Assembly (NCBI GenBank): GCA_026415235.1
Contig: JAOAHM010000097.1
Location: 5,878-69,877 of the forward strand
Source of the DNA: Ignavibacteria bacterium
GTDB taxonomy: Bacteria; Bacteroidota; Ignavibacteria; Ch128b
DNA: 64,000 bases
Direction: 5' to 3'
Shown here: piece by piece, positions 1-10,469 of the stretch
Layout of the letters: each line of letters begins with the position of its first letter
Numbering within the stretch: position 1 is the stretch's first letter
Position numbers and translations under genes: made by a program
The notes under the pieces: model-generated
What the model saw: the letters and a program-made list of their open reading frames with translations, nothing else
What the model was told of the DNA's origin: nothing
The model's database searches: none

Positions 1-8
1 TGAAAACG

Positions 9-557
9 ATGGAAAATGAAAACTTAAAAGTTCGAAGCAGTCTTTGGTCAAATATTTTTAAGCTCGAAAGCGACGAAGAAAAAATATTAGACCTTCTAAG
101 AAACTTTCCTGCTTTTGCAGAGCTGAAAAGAAAAGAATTGAAGATGATTAGGAAATTGGTTCAGGTAAGAGAATATCTTCCTAACGAAATAATTTTCTAC
201 GAAGGTGACCCAGGCGTCTCAATGTTCATTATTGAAAGTGGAAAAGTTGAAATATATCATACATTTAAGTCTGGTATTAAACAAGAACTTGCATTGCTTT
301 TTGCTGGTGATTTCATGGGTGAATTCAGTGTGATTGTTGAAGGAAATAGAATGGCAACAGCTCGCGCTTTAACTGAAACAAGACTTCTTATTATCTTCAG
401 ACCTGATTTACTTGAGTTAATTCAAAGAGAACCTTCTTTAGGTGTGAAAATTCTCTTAGGTTTCTCTAAAATTTTTGTTGACAAGTTAAGAAATCTGAAT
501 AAAGATTATCTGAATCTTTATGAACTCTTGCATTATGAAAAACAATTAGATAAGTGA
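9..557 (+). CDS. Stand-alone cyclic nucleotide-binding domain protein (Crp-like cNMP domain, no HTH)
   Basis: FYEGDPG-SMFIIESGKV...GDFMGEFS...RMATARA cNMP-binding cassette; 182 aa, no C-terminal HTH. Confidence 0.85.
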   Translation: MENENLKVRSSLWSNIFKLESDEEKILDLLRNFPAFAELKRKELKMIRKLVQVREYLPNEIIFYEGDPGVSMFIIESGKVEIYHTFKSGIKQELALLFAGDFMGEFSVIVEGNRMATARALTETRLLIIFRPDLLELIQREPSLGVKILLGFSKIFVDKLRNLNKDYLNLYELLHYEKQLDK

Positions 558-564
558 GGTTCTT

Positions 565-1020
565 ATGGAACTAAAGATTGAAAAAATTCTTGTTCCCGTT
601 GATTTCTCTGAATATTCGAAAATGGCGCTCGATTACTCAATTGAATTTAGTAAGAAATTTAATTCTGAGTTGATACTAATTTATGTTATTGAACCAATTG
701 TTTATCCAAGTGATTTTGGATTGGGACAAATTCCAATCAATCAAGTTGATTTTGAAATTCAATCAAAAGCTGAAGAAGAACTGAGCAAACTTATAGCAGA
801 AAAAGTTCCATCAAATGTCAAAGCAACTTATGTTGTAAAAACAGGAAAACCATTCCTCGAAATAATTAATACTGCAAAAGAGCTGGATTGCGATTTAATC
901 ATTATTGCAACTCACGGACATACAGGAATTGAACACATTTTATTTGGTAGTACTGCTGAGAAAGTGGTGAGGAAATCGCCCGTGCCTGTCCTGACCGTTC
1001 GTGAGAAGAATACAAAATAA
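565..1020 (+). CDS. Universal stress protein (UspA family)
   Basis: KILVPVDFS N-terminus and DLIIIATHGHTG...FGSTAEKVVRKSPVPVLTV; SD GAGG upstream. Confidence 0.93.
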   Translation: MELKIEKILVPVDFSEYSKMALDYSIEFSKKFNSELILIYVIEPIVYPSDFGLGQIPINQVDFEIQSKAEEELSKLIAEKVPSNVKATYVVKTGKPFLEIINTAKELDCDLIIIATHGHTGIEHILFGSTAEKVVRKSPVPVLTVREKNTK

Positions 1021-2001
1021 TTAGTTCTTCCTATTCAAAATAAAGTTCACAAGTTCAATTAATGCCTGTCTGCTTTCGCTATTTTCGTATTTCGAAATTA
1101 TGTCAATTGCTTTTGATGCAAATTCTTTAGCTCTTTGATTTGCATATTCGAGACCATTATATCTCGAAACAAATTCGAAAATTGAGTCAATATCCTTACT
1201 ACTTAATCTTCCTTTAATCAGATTTTTAATATTTTTGACTTCATTTTTTTCAGCTTGTTTTAATGCATAAATGATTGGCAAAGTGAGTTTTTTATCTCGC
1301 AAATCGTTGCCCGTTGGTTTTCCCATGATTGAGGAAGTTCCTTCAAAGTCTAAAATATCATCTTTGATTTGGAAAGCGATTCCTAAATATTCACCAAACT
1401 GTCTAAAATCATCAATTACATTTTTATCTGAGGTAATGCTCATTGCTCCAATGGAAGTGCATGTGGCAAATAATGAAGCTGTTTTATCTGAGATGATTTT
1501 GAGATAAGTTTCTTCATCATTATTTAACTTTCTGATTTTTTGAATTTGTAATAGCTCACCTTCGCTCATTCTCTTCACAGTATTTGTAATGATTTTAAGA
1601 AAATCAAATTCATCATTATCAACAGCAATTTGAAGTCCTCGAGCTAAAAGATAATCGCCCATCAAAACTGCAATTCGATTCTTCCAAATTGCATTAATTG
1701 AAGGTAAACCTCTCCTCGTATCTGAATTATCCACTACATCATCATGCACTAAAGTTGCCGTATGAAGTAATTCTACTAAAACAGCACCACGATAAGTATG
1801 AATATTTACATCACCAAGAGTTTTCGCTGAAAGAAGAACCAAAGTCGGTCGTATTTTTTTCCCCTTCTGACGAAGAATATATCTAACAATCAACTCCACA
1901 AGGCCTACACGAGACCTCATCTGTTGTGAAAAATATTTTTCAAATTCTTTTAGCTCTTCTTTAATCGGTTCAATAAAATTTTTTAATTCTCTATCCTTCA
2001 C
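1021..2001 (-). CDS. ispB: Polyprenyl (octaprenyl/heptaprenyl) diphosphate synthase
   Basis: GKKIRP, LVHDDVVD and FQIKDDILD aspartate-rich motifs. Confidence 0.9.
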   Translation of the reverse strand: MKDRELKNFIEPIKEELKEFEKYFSQQMRSRVGLVELIVRYILRQKGKKIRPTLVLLSAKTLGDVNIHTYRGAVLVELLHTATLVHDDVVDNSDTRRGLPSINAIWKNRIAVLMGDYLLARGLQIAVDNDEFDFLKIITNTVKRMSEGELLQIQKIRKLNNDEETYLKIISDKTASLFATCTSIGAMSITSDKNVIDDFRQFGEYLGIAFQIKDDILDFEGTSSIMGKPTGNDLRDKKLTLPIIYALKQAEKNEVKNIKNLIKGRLSSKDIDSIFEFVSRYNGLEYANQRAKEFASKAIDIISKYENSESRQALIELVNFILNRKN

Positions 2002-2749
2002 TTCTTTTTCTCATTGCAAATTTTGAAACAAGTATACTTAATTCGTATAACAAAAATAAAGGTATTGCAAGCAACGATTGGTTAACTGGGTCAACAGTTG
2101 GAGTTATGATTGCAGCAAGAACAAGAATAAATACTATTGCAAATCTCCAATGCTTTCTCATAAACTTTGGTGTTAACAGTCCTAATTTAGTAAGAAAAAA
2201 AGAAAGCATCGGTAACTCAAAAACTACACCAGCTAAAATAATCAAACTTAAAACTACCGATAGGTACTCATCAATTGCAAATTTATTTTCAATTTCAGGT
2301 GAACCAAATGTGAAAGCAAAATTCAAGGAAAATGGTAACATAATAAAATAAGCAAAAGCTGCACCTAATAAGAAAAACAATGAAGTGAAAATTACAATTG
2401 ATGAAACATATTTTTTCTCATGTTTATGTAATGCAGGTTCAATAAATTTCCAAATTTGATAAACAACCCAAGGTAAACTGATAATCAAACCACTAAATAA
2501 AGTAACTTGAAAATACAAAAACAATTGTCCAAAGGGTTTTAAGTTCTGTAATTTTACGCCAAATTTTTTTGCAGGATATAGCAAAATATCATTTATAATA
2601 GTATCAATAAAAAACCAACTTATGATTGAACAAACGACAATTCCCAACAATGATTTAATGAGCATCCATCTCAATTCTTCGAGATGCTCAATAAAAGTCA
2701 TTTCTCGAAATTCATCGATAGGTTCGGAATTCTTCGTGTCCTGCTTCAT
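1991..2749 (-). CDS. tatC: Twin-arginine translocase subunit TatC
   Basis: MTFIEHLEELR, FELP, AIITPTVDP motifs; about 6 TM. Confidence 0.95.
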   Translation of the reverse strand: MKQDTKNSEPIDEFREMTFIEHLEELRWMLIKSLLGIVVCSIISWFFIDTIINDILLYPAKKFGVKLQNLKPFGQLFLYFQVTLFSGLIISLPWVVYQIWKFIEPALHKHEKKYVSSIVIFTSLFFLLGAAFAYFIMLPFSLNFAFTFGSPEIENKFAIDEYLSVVLSLIILAGVVFELPMLSFFLTKLGLLTPKFMRKHWRFAIVFILVLAAIITPTVDPVNQSLLAIPLFLLYELSILVSKFAMRKRSEG

Positions 2750-4057
2750 TTAATATACTGAATTGAGCAACTCTTTATAGATTGGGAATTTCGAACAAAA
2801 TTGTTTCACCTCTTGTCTTATTGAATTTAGCTTTGCCTCATCATTTATATTTTTCAATGCATTGTCAATAAATTCAAAAATTACATCCATCTCATCTTCT
2901 TTCATTCCTCGAGTTGTAACAGCAGGTGTTCCAATACGAATTCCACTTGTAACCATCGGACTTTGAGTATCGTAAGGAACCATATTTTTATTTACAGTAA
3001 TGCCAGCTAAACCAAGAGCATCTTCTGCTTGTTTTCCAGTTAATCCTTTAGACCTTAAATCAATTAAAATTAAATGATTATCTGTTCCACCAGTTGTAAC
3101 TTTATAACCATTTTCAATAAATCTTTCAGCTAATCTCTTTGCGTTTTTAATTACTTGATTTGAATATTCCTTAAATTCTGGTTTTAATGCTTCTCCAAAT
3201 GCCACTGCCTTGGCAAGAATAACATGCATCAAAGGTCCACCTTGGATACCAGGCATTACATTAGAATCAACAATTTCAGACATCATCTTAAGTCTACCAC
3301 TCTTCGGAGCACGAATACCTTCTCTGTTCTCAAAGTCTTTACCTATCATAATCATTCCACCACGAGGTCCTCGTAAAGTTTTGTGCGTAGTAGTTGTAAC
3401 AAAATCACAATAAGGTATAGGATCATTTAACAATTTAGACGCAATTAGACCAGCAGGATGAGCAATATCTGCAATCAAATATGCATTAATTGAGTCAGCT
3501 ATTTCTCTAAATTTTTTGTAATCCCAATCTCTTGGATAAGCACTTGCCCCAATTACAATTGCCTTTGGTTTATGTTGTTTTGCGAGTGATTCTACTTGAT
3601 CAAAATCTACTAATTGATTGTCTTCTCTAACATTATAAGAAATAACCTCAAAAAATTTTCCACTGAAATTTACAGGAGAACCATGAGTCAAATGTCCACC
3701 ATGAGCTAAATTCAATCCCATAATTTTATCGCCTGGTTTCAAAATTGAGAAGTACACTGCCATATTCGCCTGAGAACCTGAATGAGGTTGAACATTAACA
3801 TACTCACAACCAAATAATTTTTTCACTCTTTCTCTGGCTAAATCTTCTGCCATATCAACAAACTCACATCCACCATAATATCTTTTACCAGGATAACCCT
3901 CTGCATATTTATTTGTTAAAACAGAACCGAGAGCTCGGAGCACATCAAGACTTACATAATTTTCAGATGCAATTAATTCAAGACCTTCTTCCTGACGGAG
4001 AATTTCTTTGATTAAAATTTCTTGTGCTTCTATATCATTTAATTTTACTTCTAACAT
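2750..4057 (-). CDS. glyA: Serine hydroxymethyltransferase
   Basis: [35 protein letters not shown] (PLP lysine). Confidence 0.98.
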   Translation of the reverse strand: MLEVKLNDIEAQEILIKEILRQEEGLELIASENYVSLDVLRALGSVLTNKYAEGYPGKRYYGGCEFVDMAEDLARERVKKLFGCEYVNVQPHSGSQANMAVYFSILKPGDKIMGLNLAHGGHLTHGSPVNFSGKFFEVISYNVREDNQLVDFDQVESLAKQHKPKAIVIGASAYPRDWDYKKFREIADSINAYLIADIAHPAGLIASKLLNDPIPYCDFVTTTTHKTLRGPRGGMIMIGKDFENREGIRAPKSGRLKMMSEIVDSNVMPGIQGGPLMHVILAKAVAFGEALKPEFKEYSNQVIKNAKRLAERFIENGYKVTTGGTDNHLILIDLRSKGLTGKQAEDALGLAGITVNKNMVPYDTQSPMVTSGIRIGTPAVTTRGMKEDEMDVIFEFIDNALKNINDEAKLNSIRQEVKQFCSKFPIYKELLNSVY

Positions 4058-4500
4058 TTGTATCTCTCTTCTATGTTTGTGATTTTGTTTATTCTTCGCT
4101 CGTGTCTTCCACCTTCAAACTTAGAATTGATGAAGGCTTCGAGAATCTCTTCAGGTGAGTCTTGCAAATTTATTCTTGCGCCAATTGCAATAATATTTGC
4201 ATTGTTATGAGCTTTTGCAAGTTGAGCCATTTCCTTAGATGTACAAAGTGCAGCTCGAATCCCAGGAATTTTATTTGCAGCAATTGAAATTCCAATTCCT
4301 GTTCCACAAATCACACAACCAAAATCGCAATTATTGTTAACAACTTCTAAAGCAACTGCTTCGCCGTAATCGGGATAATCACAACTCTCTTCAGAGAAAC
4401 ATCCTTTATCTAAAACTTCAAAGCCTTTCTGAGTTAGAAAGGCTTTGAGTTTTTCTTTTAATTTAAAACCTGCGTGATCTGAACCGATTGCAACTTTCAT
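4051..4500 (-). CDS. rpiB: Ribose-5-phosphate isomerase B
   Basis: [26 protein letters not shown] motifs. Confidence 0.96.
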   Translation of the reverse strand: MKVAIGSDHAGFKLKEKLKAFLTQKGFEVLDKGCFSEESCDYPDYGEAVALEVVNNNCDFGCVICGTGIGISIAANKIPGIRAALCTSKEMAQLAKAHNNANIIAIGARINLQDSPEEILEAFINSKFEGGRHERRINKITNIEERYKC

Positions 4501-4504
4501 AAAA

Positions 4505-5758
4505 TTATGGAACAGTTATATTCTTACCAATCCAGTTATAACATGGACCTTCAATTTTAATAGTTGTACCTGATTTTAATTTTCTGAAGAAGTAATCTTC
4601 TTTTGTTGGAACAGACGATGCGAGTGATTTGATTGCTTCATCTGCAATTGATGCAACACTTGGGTCTATGCTCTTTGCTTTTCGATATGTATCTACTGCA
4701 AGTTGTAAAACTACTTTATCCATAAATTCAAAACTACCACATCTTTGGACTGCTGCTTGATAAAGTGTTGCTTCGTAGATATAAGGCAATCCCCAATTTT
4801 TATCAATCTCTGCTGCTCGATAAAAATAAGTTCTTGCAGTAGCTAATTGACCTAATTCTTTATAGCAAATTCCCATATTCAATGGATATTCTCGAACCTT
4901 AGGATTAAGTTCGATAGCTTTTTTATAAGCTTCAATTGCTTTTTGGAATTTTTCCGTTTTTTGATAACAAGTAGCAAGACGAGACCAATAAGTTTCAGAA
5001 TCTGAGACTTTCTTCACCAAAAACTCAAGTGGTTCAATTGCTTTTTCATATTCACCAGTTTGATAAGTTATTGAAGCATATTGCCAAGCTTTTTGTAGAT
5101 TATCTCTATCCAGTTTCCAAGCATTGTAAGTAATCTCGATTAATTGTTCAATATTTTCAGCTAAGGATTTCATTCGTTCGAGTGGAACTGGATTATTCGG
5201 GTCTTTTGATGACGCTGCTTGATAGATTTCAAAAGCTTTAAGACGATAATCATTTTCATTGGTAGCAAGTTTAACATAAAGAAGACCTAAGCGATCCACA
5301 TAGTAGAAATCTAAGTCTTTATCAAGTTCATAAGCTTTTTCATAAGCTTTAATTGCTTCTTCCTCTCGTCCTTGATACCAAGTTTCAAGATAGTATCCCA
5401 TCTTTTTATAGTAATAAGCAGCATTTTCAGGTTGAGTTTTTATTGCTAAGTTGTAAATATACATTAAGGTATCAGCATACATTTTTTTTGTTTTTTCATC
5501 TGCATTAGTTGAATCGTGGAGATAAACAAGACAATCTTCCATTCGTAGAAAAATAGTTTTGAATTTTGATGGGTCAATTTCCAAAATTTCAAAACCATAA
5601 GGTAGTGCAGTTTCATAATCACCGTTTTTATGATATTCAGCAAAAAGACTCCATCGTCTATAAATTTTTAGTGTGTCTGGTTGAACTGATTGACTTAAAA
5701 GATCTGAACCGAATAATAAAATCATTAATGCTGCGAAAAGTGAAATTTTAGTTTTCAT
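4505..5758 (-). CDS. Exported tetratricopeptide-repeat protein
   Basis: Signal peptide followed by several TPR-like repeats (AIKAYEKAYELD, AIEAYKKAIELNP); SD GAGG. Confidence 0.8.
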   Translation of the reverse strand: MKTKISLFAALMILLFGSDLLSQSVQPDTLKIYRRWSLFAEYHKNGDYETALPYGFEILEIDPSKFKTIFLRMEDCLVYLHDSTNADEKTKKMYADTLMYIYNLAIKTQPENAAYYYKKMGYYLETWYQGREEEAIKAYEKAYELDKDLDFYYVDRLGLLYVKLATNENDYRLKAFEIYQAASSKDPNNPVPLERMKSLAENIEQLIEITYNAWKLDRDNLQKAWQYASITYQTGEYEKAIEPLEFLVKKVSDSETYWSRLATCYQKTEKFQKAIEAYKKAIELNPKVREYPLNMGICYKELGQLATARTYFYRAAEIDKNWGLPYIYEATLYQAAVQRCGSFEFMDKVVLQLAVDTYRKAKSIDPSVASIADEAIKSLASSVPTKEDYFFRKLKSGTTIKIEGPCYNWIGKNITVP

Positions 5759-5775
5759 TTTTTTACCTCAAAATT

Positions 5776-6999
5776 TTATTCTTCACTTCTTACAAACCAA
5801 AGTTCTGCAAAATTTATTCCAACCCAAAAGTTGAAAATTGATTCTTTTACAAGATTAGAATCAACTTTACCTCTTATCGAATACTGAAAACCTAAATCTA
5901 TTAAATTCAACTTATCGATTGGAAGTGAAACGCCTGCTTTCAACCCATATTCATTTATTTTTTCATTATTTACAGCAACTCCTAAGTTTTTATAAAATAC
6001 ACCCATTCTATAAGTTATTGCTTCGTAAAATTTCTCAGGTCTTGCAATTGGTAAATACTCAAATCCAATTGAAAAATAATTCTGATTCACTAAAGTATAA
6101 TTCGATTGAAAAGTTGTATTCAATTTTGTCCAATCCTGATTTAAATAATCTACATAGACATTCATTCTATCATTTAACTTTGTTAGCAAACCAAATGAAA
6201 TTTGTGCAGGAACGGTTGTTTTGTAGGAAGCTTCACCTGTTGTATCAATAAAAATTCCTTGCTTTAAGTCAGTTCTTTCAACATTCAAATTTGCACTTGT
6301 TAAATAACTAACTCCAATTCGAAGTTCCCGTACTGGTAAATCATCAAAATATTTTTTTAGATTTTCTGAAATATATCCAAACCTTAAAGCAAAACCTTTA
6401 TAAGTAGTCTCTGTTGTAAAAACTGGATTTATGAACGAAGTATTTTGAAACTCGGTTGATAATTTATTGTTGATTGTGCCAATTAGGAAATTAGAAGATA
6501 CACCAATTGCACCATACTCTTTGATTTTATAAGATAAACCGAAATGATAACTTGTAATCCCTCCAAGTCCTTCATACTTAACTTGATAAGGAATTGTATC
6601 AAAATAGCTTTGTGGAGATAAAACTTTGTAATTAACCCTTGTAAATGGCGAGATACCACCACTTAAAACTATTCCATAATCTCTTTGAATTGGAAAAGCA
6701 AAAAGTAAGTAATCGAAAGATGCAGTTCGTATACTGTTCTTAGATTTATTGTCAGAATAACTATTCCAATTATAGTTAAGAGAACCTAAAAACTTTACAA
6801 AACTAAGTTGATAATTACTTGCAGGATTCAATGGGTTTATATCAAAAGCATCAGCACCAGCTAATCCCAATCCGAAACCACTTCGTCGAGCAGTTGGATT
6901 TAAATTTAATTCCCCTAAACCAAAATTAGAATAAATTGAAACCGATTGAGCTAAAACAAGATTAACAAAAATTAAAAGCGTTAGAAAAATTTTTTTCAT
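5776..6999 (-). CDS. Outer-membrane beta-barrel protein (FadL/TodX/PorV-like, Bacteroidota-type)
   Basis: Signal peptide, YSNFGLGEL and NPLNPAS N-terminal plug-like motifs, alternating amphipathic strands, aromatic C-terminus (INFAELWFVR). Confidence 0.75.
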   Translation of the reverse strand: MKKIFLTLLIFVNLVLAQSVSIYSNFGLGELNLNPTARRSGFGLGLAGADAFDINPLNPASNYQLSFVKFLGSLNYNWNSYSDNKSKNSIRTASFDYLLFAFPIQRDYGIVLSGGISPFTRVNYKVLSPQSYFDTIPYQVKYEGLGGITSYHFGLSYKIKEYGAIGVSSNFLIGTINNKLSTEFQNTSFINPVFTTETTYKGFALRFGYISENLKKYFDDLPVRELRIGVSYLTSANLNVERTDLKQGIFIDTTGEASYKTTVPAQISFGLLTKLNDRMNVYVDYLNQDWTKLNTTFQSNYTLVNQNYFSIGFEYLPIARPEKFYEAITYRMGVFYKNLGVAVNNEKINEYGLKAGVSLPIDKLNLIDLGFQYSIRGKVDSNLVKESIFNFWVGINFAELWFVRSEE

Positions 7000-8207
7000 T
7001 TTCTTGATGAGTAATTAATAATTAGTTGTGGTCGTTTTTCAAAAATAGCTGCTTTAGGACCATAAAAGACAAATTCATCTACACCACCATCAGGGTCACG
7101 AGTTGATAATAATAGACCTTTGTTTGAGTTATTATCAATCCATTTCTGGACATAATAATTTATTTGACCTTCGTAATATCCACCAGTGGTTTTGGATAAG
7201 ACAAATGTTACAGCACTATCAATTGAAATATTTGTTGAGTCCGTTATGTATTGAACTAAAATGGAATCATGTCTCGAAGTACCAAACCGAGATGAAAGAG
7301 TATCAAGATATAAACGAATAAAAGCCGAATTCACTATTGCGTTTTTTGGAATATTTGTTAAATCAAAATAAATGAATGATTTTGTTTTCACACCAGATTG
7401 AAGTTTTATTTTTTCATCAAGTGTTACTATAGTCGAAGAAGTTTCAATGACATGCAAATCGGCATCAACATAAAAAATAAGCGAATCAGTTTTGGAATTA
7501 TACTTTGCCACAACTTCCATTACAATTGGGTCACCAACATAATACGCATTAGACGAAGCAAATCCTTTGATATAACTTGTAGTTAAAGTAGGCGTAAGTA
7601 AAATCCCTTGTAATTTCTTTGAAGAGTCCAAAGCTACTCGTTGAAACCAACCTAACACCTTATTTGTATCTAATTCACAATAGTATAATGTATCTGCATC
7701 AATACTTCGAGTCAAAATATTATCTTGATCTATTTCGTACCTTCCACTTTTCAAACTATCAATCGTAAATTTATATTCTTCAAAGAATGTGTAAACTTCT
7801 TTGATTTCCATTCCAAATCTGTTTGATAAAGTATCTCCAAATTTATAGACAGGATTCATTTTAATTCTTGCAGATGTAATGGAGACTTTGTTATTCTTAA
7901 CAGCATCTCTTAACTCGCTTGACAGACCAATTCTGAATCTTATTAACGCATGAGCAGTTAAATCGTTATATCTTCCAACTAAAATTCTTCGAGTGCCTCC
8001 AAGGATATCGTGTTGATTAAGTTGTTTATGATAAATCCACACACTGTCTCGAGTGGAATCAAATCTTTTTACAATTAAAGAATCTATGGGATTAAGCAGA
8101 TTGTAACCTGTAATGGTAGGATTTTCAGAGCAAGAAATTAAAAACAAAGAAATCGAAACAATAGAAATTAATTTCAGTAACCAGAATAAAGATTTAATCT
8201 TTTTCAA
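6996..8207 (-). CDS. Lipoprotein, DUF4270/DNRLRE-like with two related beta-sandwich domains
   Basis: Lipobox FLIS-C; C-terminal FIYFDL...SAFIRLY...WIDNNSNKGLLL...RPQLIINY pattern; lies directly downstream of glgA. Confidence 0.6.
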   Translation of the reverse strand: MKKIKSLFWLLKLISIVSISLFLISCSENPTITGYNLLNPIDSLIVKRFDSTRDSVWIYHKQLNQHDILGGTRRILVGRYNDLTAHALIRFRIGLSSELRDAVKNNKVSITSARIKMNPVYKFGDTLSNRFGMEIKEVYTFFEEYKFTIDSLKSGRYEIDQDNILTRSIDADTLYYCELDTNKVLGWFQRVALDSSKKLQGILLTPTLTTSYIKGFASSNAYYVGDPIVMEVVAKYNSKTDSLIFYVDADLHVIETSSTIVTLDEKIKLQSGVKTKSFIYFDLTNIPKNAIVNSAFIRLYLDTLSSRFGTSRHDSILVQYITDSTNISIDSAVTFVLSKTTGGYYEGQINYYVQKWIDNNSNKGLLLSTRDPDGGVDEFVFYGPKAAIFEKRPQLIINYSSRK

Positions 8208-8209
8208 AT

Positions 8210-9706
8210 TTATTTAGTGTCCTTTAATAATTTTTTATATAACTCAATATACTTTTTAGCTGAATTATACCAACTGAAATCTTTGGACATTGCATTCTTC
8301 ATTAATTTATACCAAGTCTCTTTGTCATTATATAACTTTAAAGCTCGCTTAATTTCTTTCATCATGTCTTCGACTTCATACTTTTTGAATACGAACCCTG
8401 TTCCATCACCATTATTCCCATTTATTCGAACAACAGTATCAGCTAAGCCACCTGTGTAACGAACAATTGGAATTGTTCCATACTTCATAGCGTAAAGTTG
8501 AGTTAAACCACATGGTTCATATTTAGAAGGCATTAGATACATATCTGCCCCAGCTTCAATTAAATGAGCAAGCTCTTCATTGAAACCATAGTAAAAAGCG
8601 AATTTTTTCGGGTATTTCTTCTGAACCTTCTCAAAAAACTGTTGATATTTTTTATCACCAGTTCCAAGTAAAACATATTTTACATCAAGACTAAGCAATT
8701 CATCAATTGCTTTTTCAATTAAATCAATACCTTTTTGCTCAGCTAATCGTGAAATTGTTCCAATCACGGGGATATTCTCATCAACTGGAAGTTTTAAGTA
8801 TTCAAGAAGAGCTTTTTTATTTTCAAGCTTACCAGACAAATCTTTTACACTATACTTAGCTCGAATATAAGAATCAGTTTCTGGATTCCAGATTGAATAA
8901 TCTACACCGTTTATGATTCCATAAAAATCATTTTTTCGCTTCTTCAGTGTGTTTTTGATTATTCCACCAAGCTCATCAATTGTACATAACTCATCTGCGT
9001 ATTTTTCGCTAACAGTTGTAACCGCATCAGCGTAAACAACGCCTGCTTTTAAGAAGCTTATAGAACTTCCATCGTTGACCGAAATTTCGCTCAATACATA
9101 ATCAGGTAAGCCAGTTAATTTAAAGACTTCTTTAGGAAATATTCCTGGAAATTCAACATTATGAATTGTGAAAACTACTTTTGTATCTTTTAAGATTTCC
9201 AAATCACCGTAAACAGTTTTAAGGTAAGCAGGAATTAATCCAGTTTGCCAATCATTGCAATGGATTATATCAGGTGTCCATCCTAATTTCTTAATCATTT
9301 CCATTATACCTTTAGCGTAAAGAATAAATCTTTCGTGATTATCAGCATAATCCTTTTTATTATTTGGATCCTGATACAATCCTTTACGAGAACCAAAATA
9401 CTTTTGATTGTCAAAGAAATATAGTTGCACCTTTGTCTTATTTCCAACTAAGAAACAAGACCGCATACTAACTAATTCTATTTCATTACCGAGATGAATT
9501 GGAATATCTTTCAAACGAACAATTTCATGTATTTTGAACTTTCGTTCATCAACTGCCCCGTATTTTGGAAGAACGAGACGAACTTCATTGCCCAGCTCCA
9601 TTAAGGTTTGAGGCAATGCAGCTGATACATCCGCTAAACCACCAGTTTTAACGAATGGAGATGCTTCCGATGTGATGAAAAGGATTTTCAAACTTTTATT
9701 CTTCAT
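8210..9706 (-). CDS. glgA: Glycogen synthase (GT5)
   Basis: PFVKTGGLADV, DIIHCNDWQT, IINGVD, SKYEPCGLTQLYAMKYG motifs. Confidence 0.93.
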   Translation of the reverse strand: MKNKSLKILFITSEASPFVKTGGLADVSAALPQTLMELGNEVRLVLPKYGAVDERKFKIHEIVRLKDIPIHLGNEIELVSMRSCFLVGNKTKVQLYFFDNQKYFGSRKGLYQDPNNKKDYADNHERFILYAKGIMEMIKKLGWTPDIIHCNDWQTGLIPAYLKTVYGDLEILKDTKVVFTIHNVEFPGIFPKEVFKLTGLPDYVLSEISVNDGSSISFLKAGVVYADAVTTVSEKYADELCTIDELGGIIKNTLKKRKNDFYGIINGVDYSIWNPETDSYIRAKYSVKDLSGKLENKKALLEYLKLPVDENIPVIGTISRLAEQKGIDLIEKAIDELLSLDVKYVLLGTGDKKYQQFFEKVQKKYPKKFAFYYGFNEELAHLIEAGADMYLMPSKYEPCGLTQLYAMKYGTIPIVRYTGGLADTVVRINGNNGDGTGFVFKKYEVEDMMKEIKRALKLYNDKETWYKLMKNAMSKDFSWYNSAKKYIELYKKLLKDTK

Positions 9707-9726
9707 TTTTTAAACAAAATTTTTCA

Positions 9727-9734
9727 CAAAAATA
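9727..9734 (-). promoter_or_regulatory. Putative -7 promoter element TATTTTTG (TAnnTTTG) upstream of glgA
   Basis: Matches the Bacteroidota primary-sigma TAnnTTTG consensus; same motif recurs upstream of six other transcription units here. Confidence 0.45.
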
Positions 9735-9929
9735 AAAAAATATTGAGGGATTTACAATTTTTAGAAAAAATTAATTTTACACAAAAATTTTCAAACTCGA
9801 CCATCAATTAACTAAGCAAATTTCTTTTTTCATTTATTAAAAAACTTTAAAAGAAATCTGTAATTCATTGAAAAACTTGTTTTTATCATTAAAAAAAATT
9901 ATTATTACACTATAAAAAAAGAGGTTAAC

Positions 9930-10469
9930 ATGAAAACTGCATACTATAAAATTTTCTTTTCTTTAGTATTCGGGGCTTTTTTATTTTTTGGATGTTCTGC
10001 CTCTGAAGTGACTGAAGAATACGAAGCTGGACAAAAAGATGTAACTTATAAAACTGAAACAAAAACACAGACTGAAACCAAGCAAACTCAACAGGAAAGC
10101 AATATTGTCATCACAACCCAACCTGAGTATATCCCTCAAGGACCACCAACACCACCTCCACCTCCAGTGAAAGTATCCCTCGAAGCTGAAAAACCAACCA
10201 CACCCGAGATGACTACTGAAAGCAAGGTCGGTCCTCAATATTTATATAAAGTACAAGTCTTTGCATTTAAGAGTAGATTGAATGCGGAAAATCAGGCAAA
10301 GAAAATTAGAGAGAGAATGCCTGATCAGCAGGTATATGTTGAATTCCAGGATAATTTGTACAAAGTTCGCTTAGGCACTTATTCCAAATGGGAACACGCT
10401 AAAGGAATTAAAGACGCTTTATTTAATTTGGGTTATACTGATAGTTTTATTATTACTGAAGTGAAGTGA
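9930..10469 (+). CDS. SPOR-domain lipoprotein
   Basis: Lipobox FFG-C, Thr/Gln/Pro-rich linker, C-terminal YKVQVFAF...YKVRLG SPOR domain; SD GAGG. Confidence 0.85.
   Translation: MKTAYYKIFFSLVFGAFLFFGCSASEVTEEYEAGQKDVTYKTETKTQTETKQTQQESNIVITTQPEYIPQGPPTPPPPPVKVSLEAEKPTTPEMTTESKVGPQYLYKVQVFAFKSRLNAENQAKKIRERMPDQQVYVEFQDNLYKVRLGTYSKWEHAKGIKDALFNLGYTDSFIITEVK

Noticed and set aside
9707-9929. Longest intergenic region as a possible ncRNA or small ORF
   Set aside because: Homopolymeric A/T tracts with no stable stems and no SD-led ORF; consistent with divergent promoters
10130-10170. CCA/CCT-rich repeat-like stretch
   Set aside because: Encodes the PPTPPPPP linker of the SPOR lipoprotein
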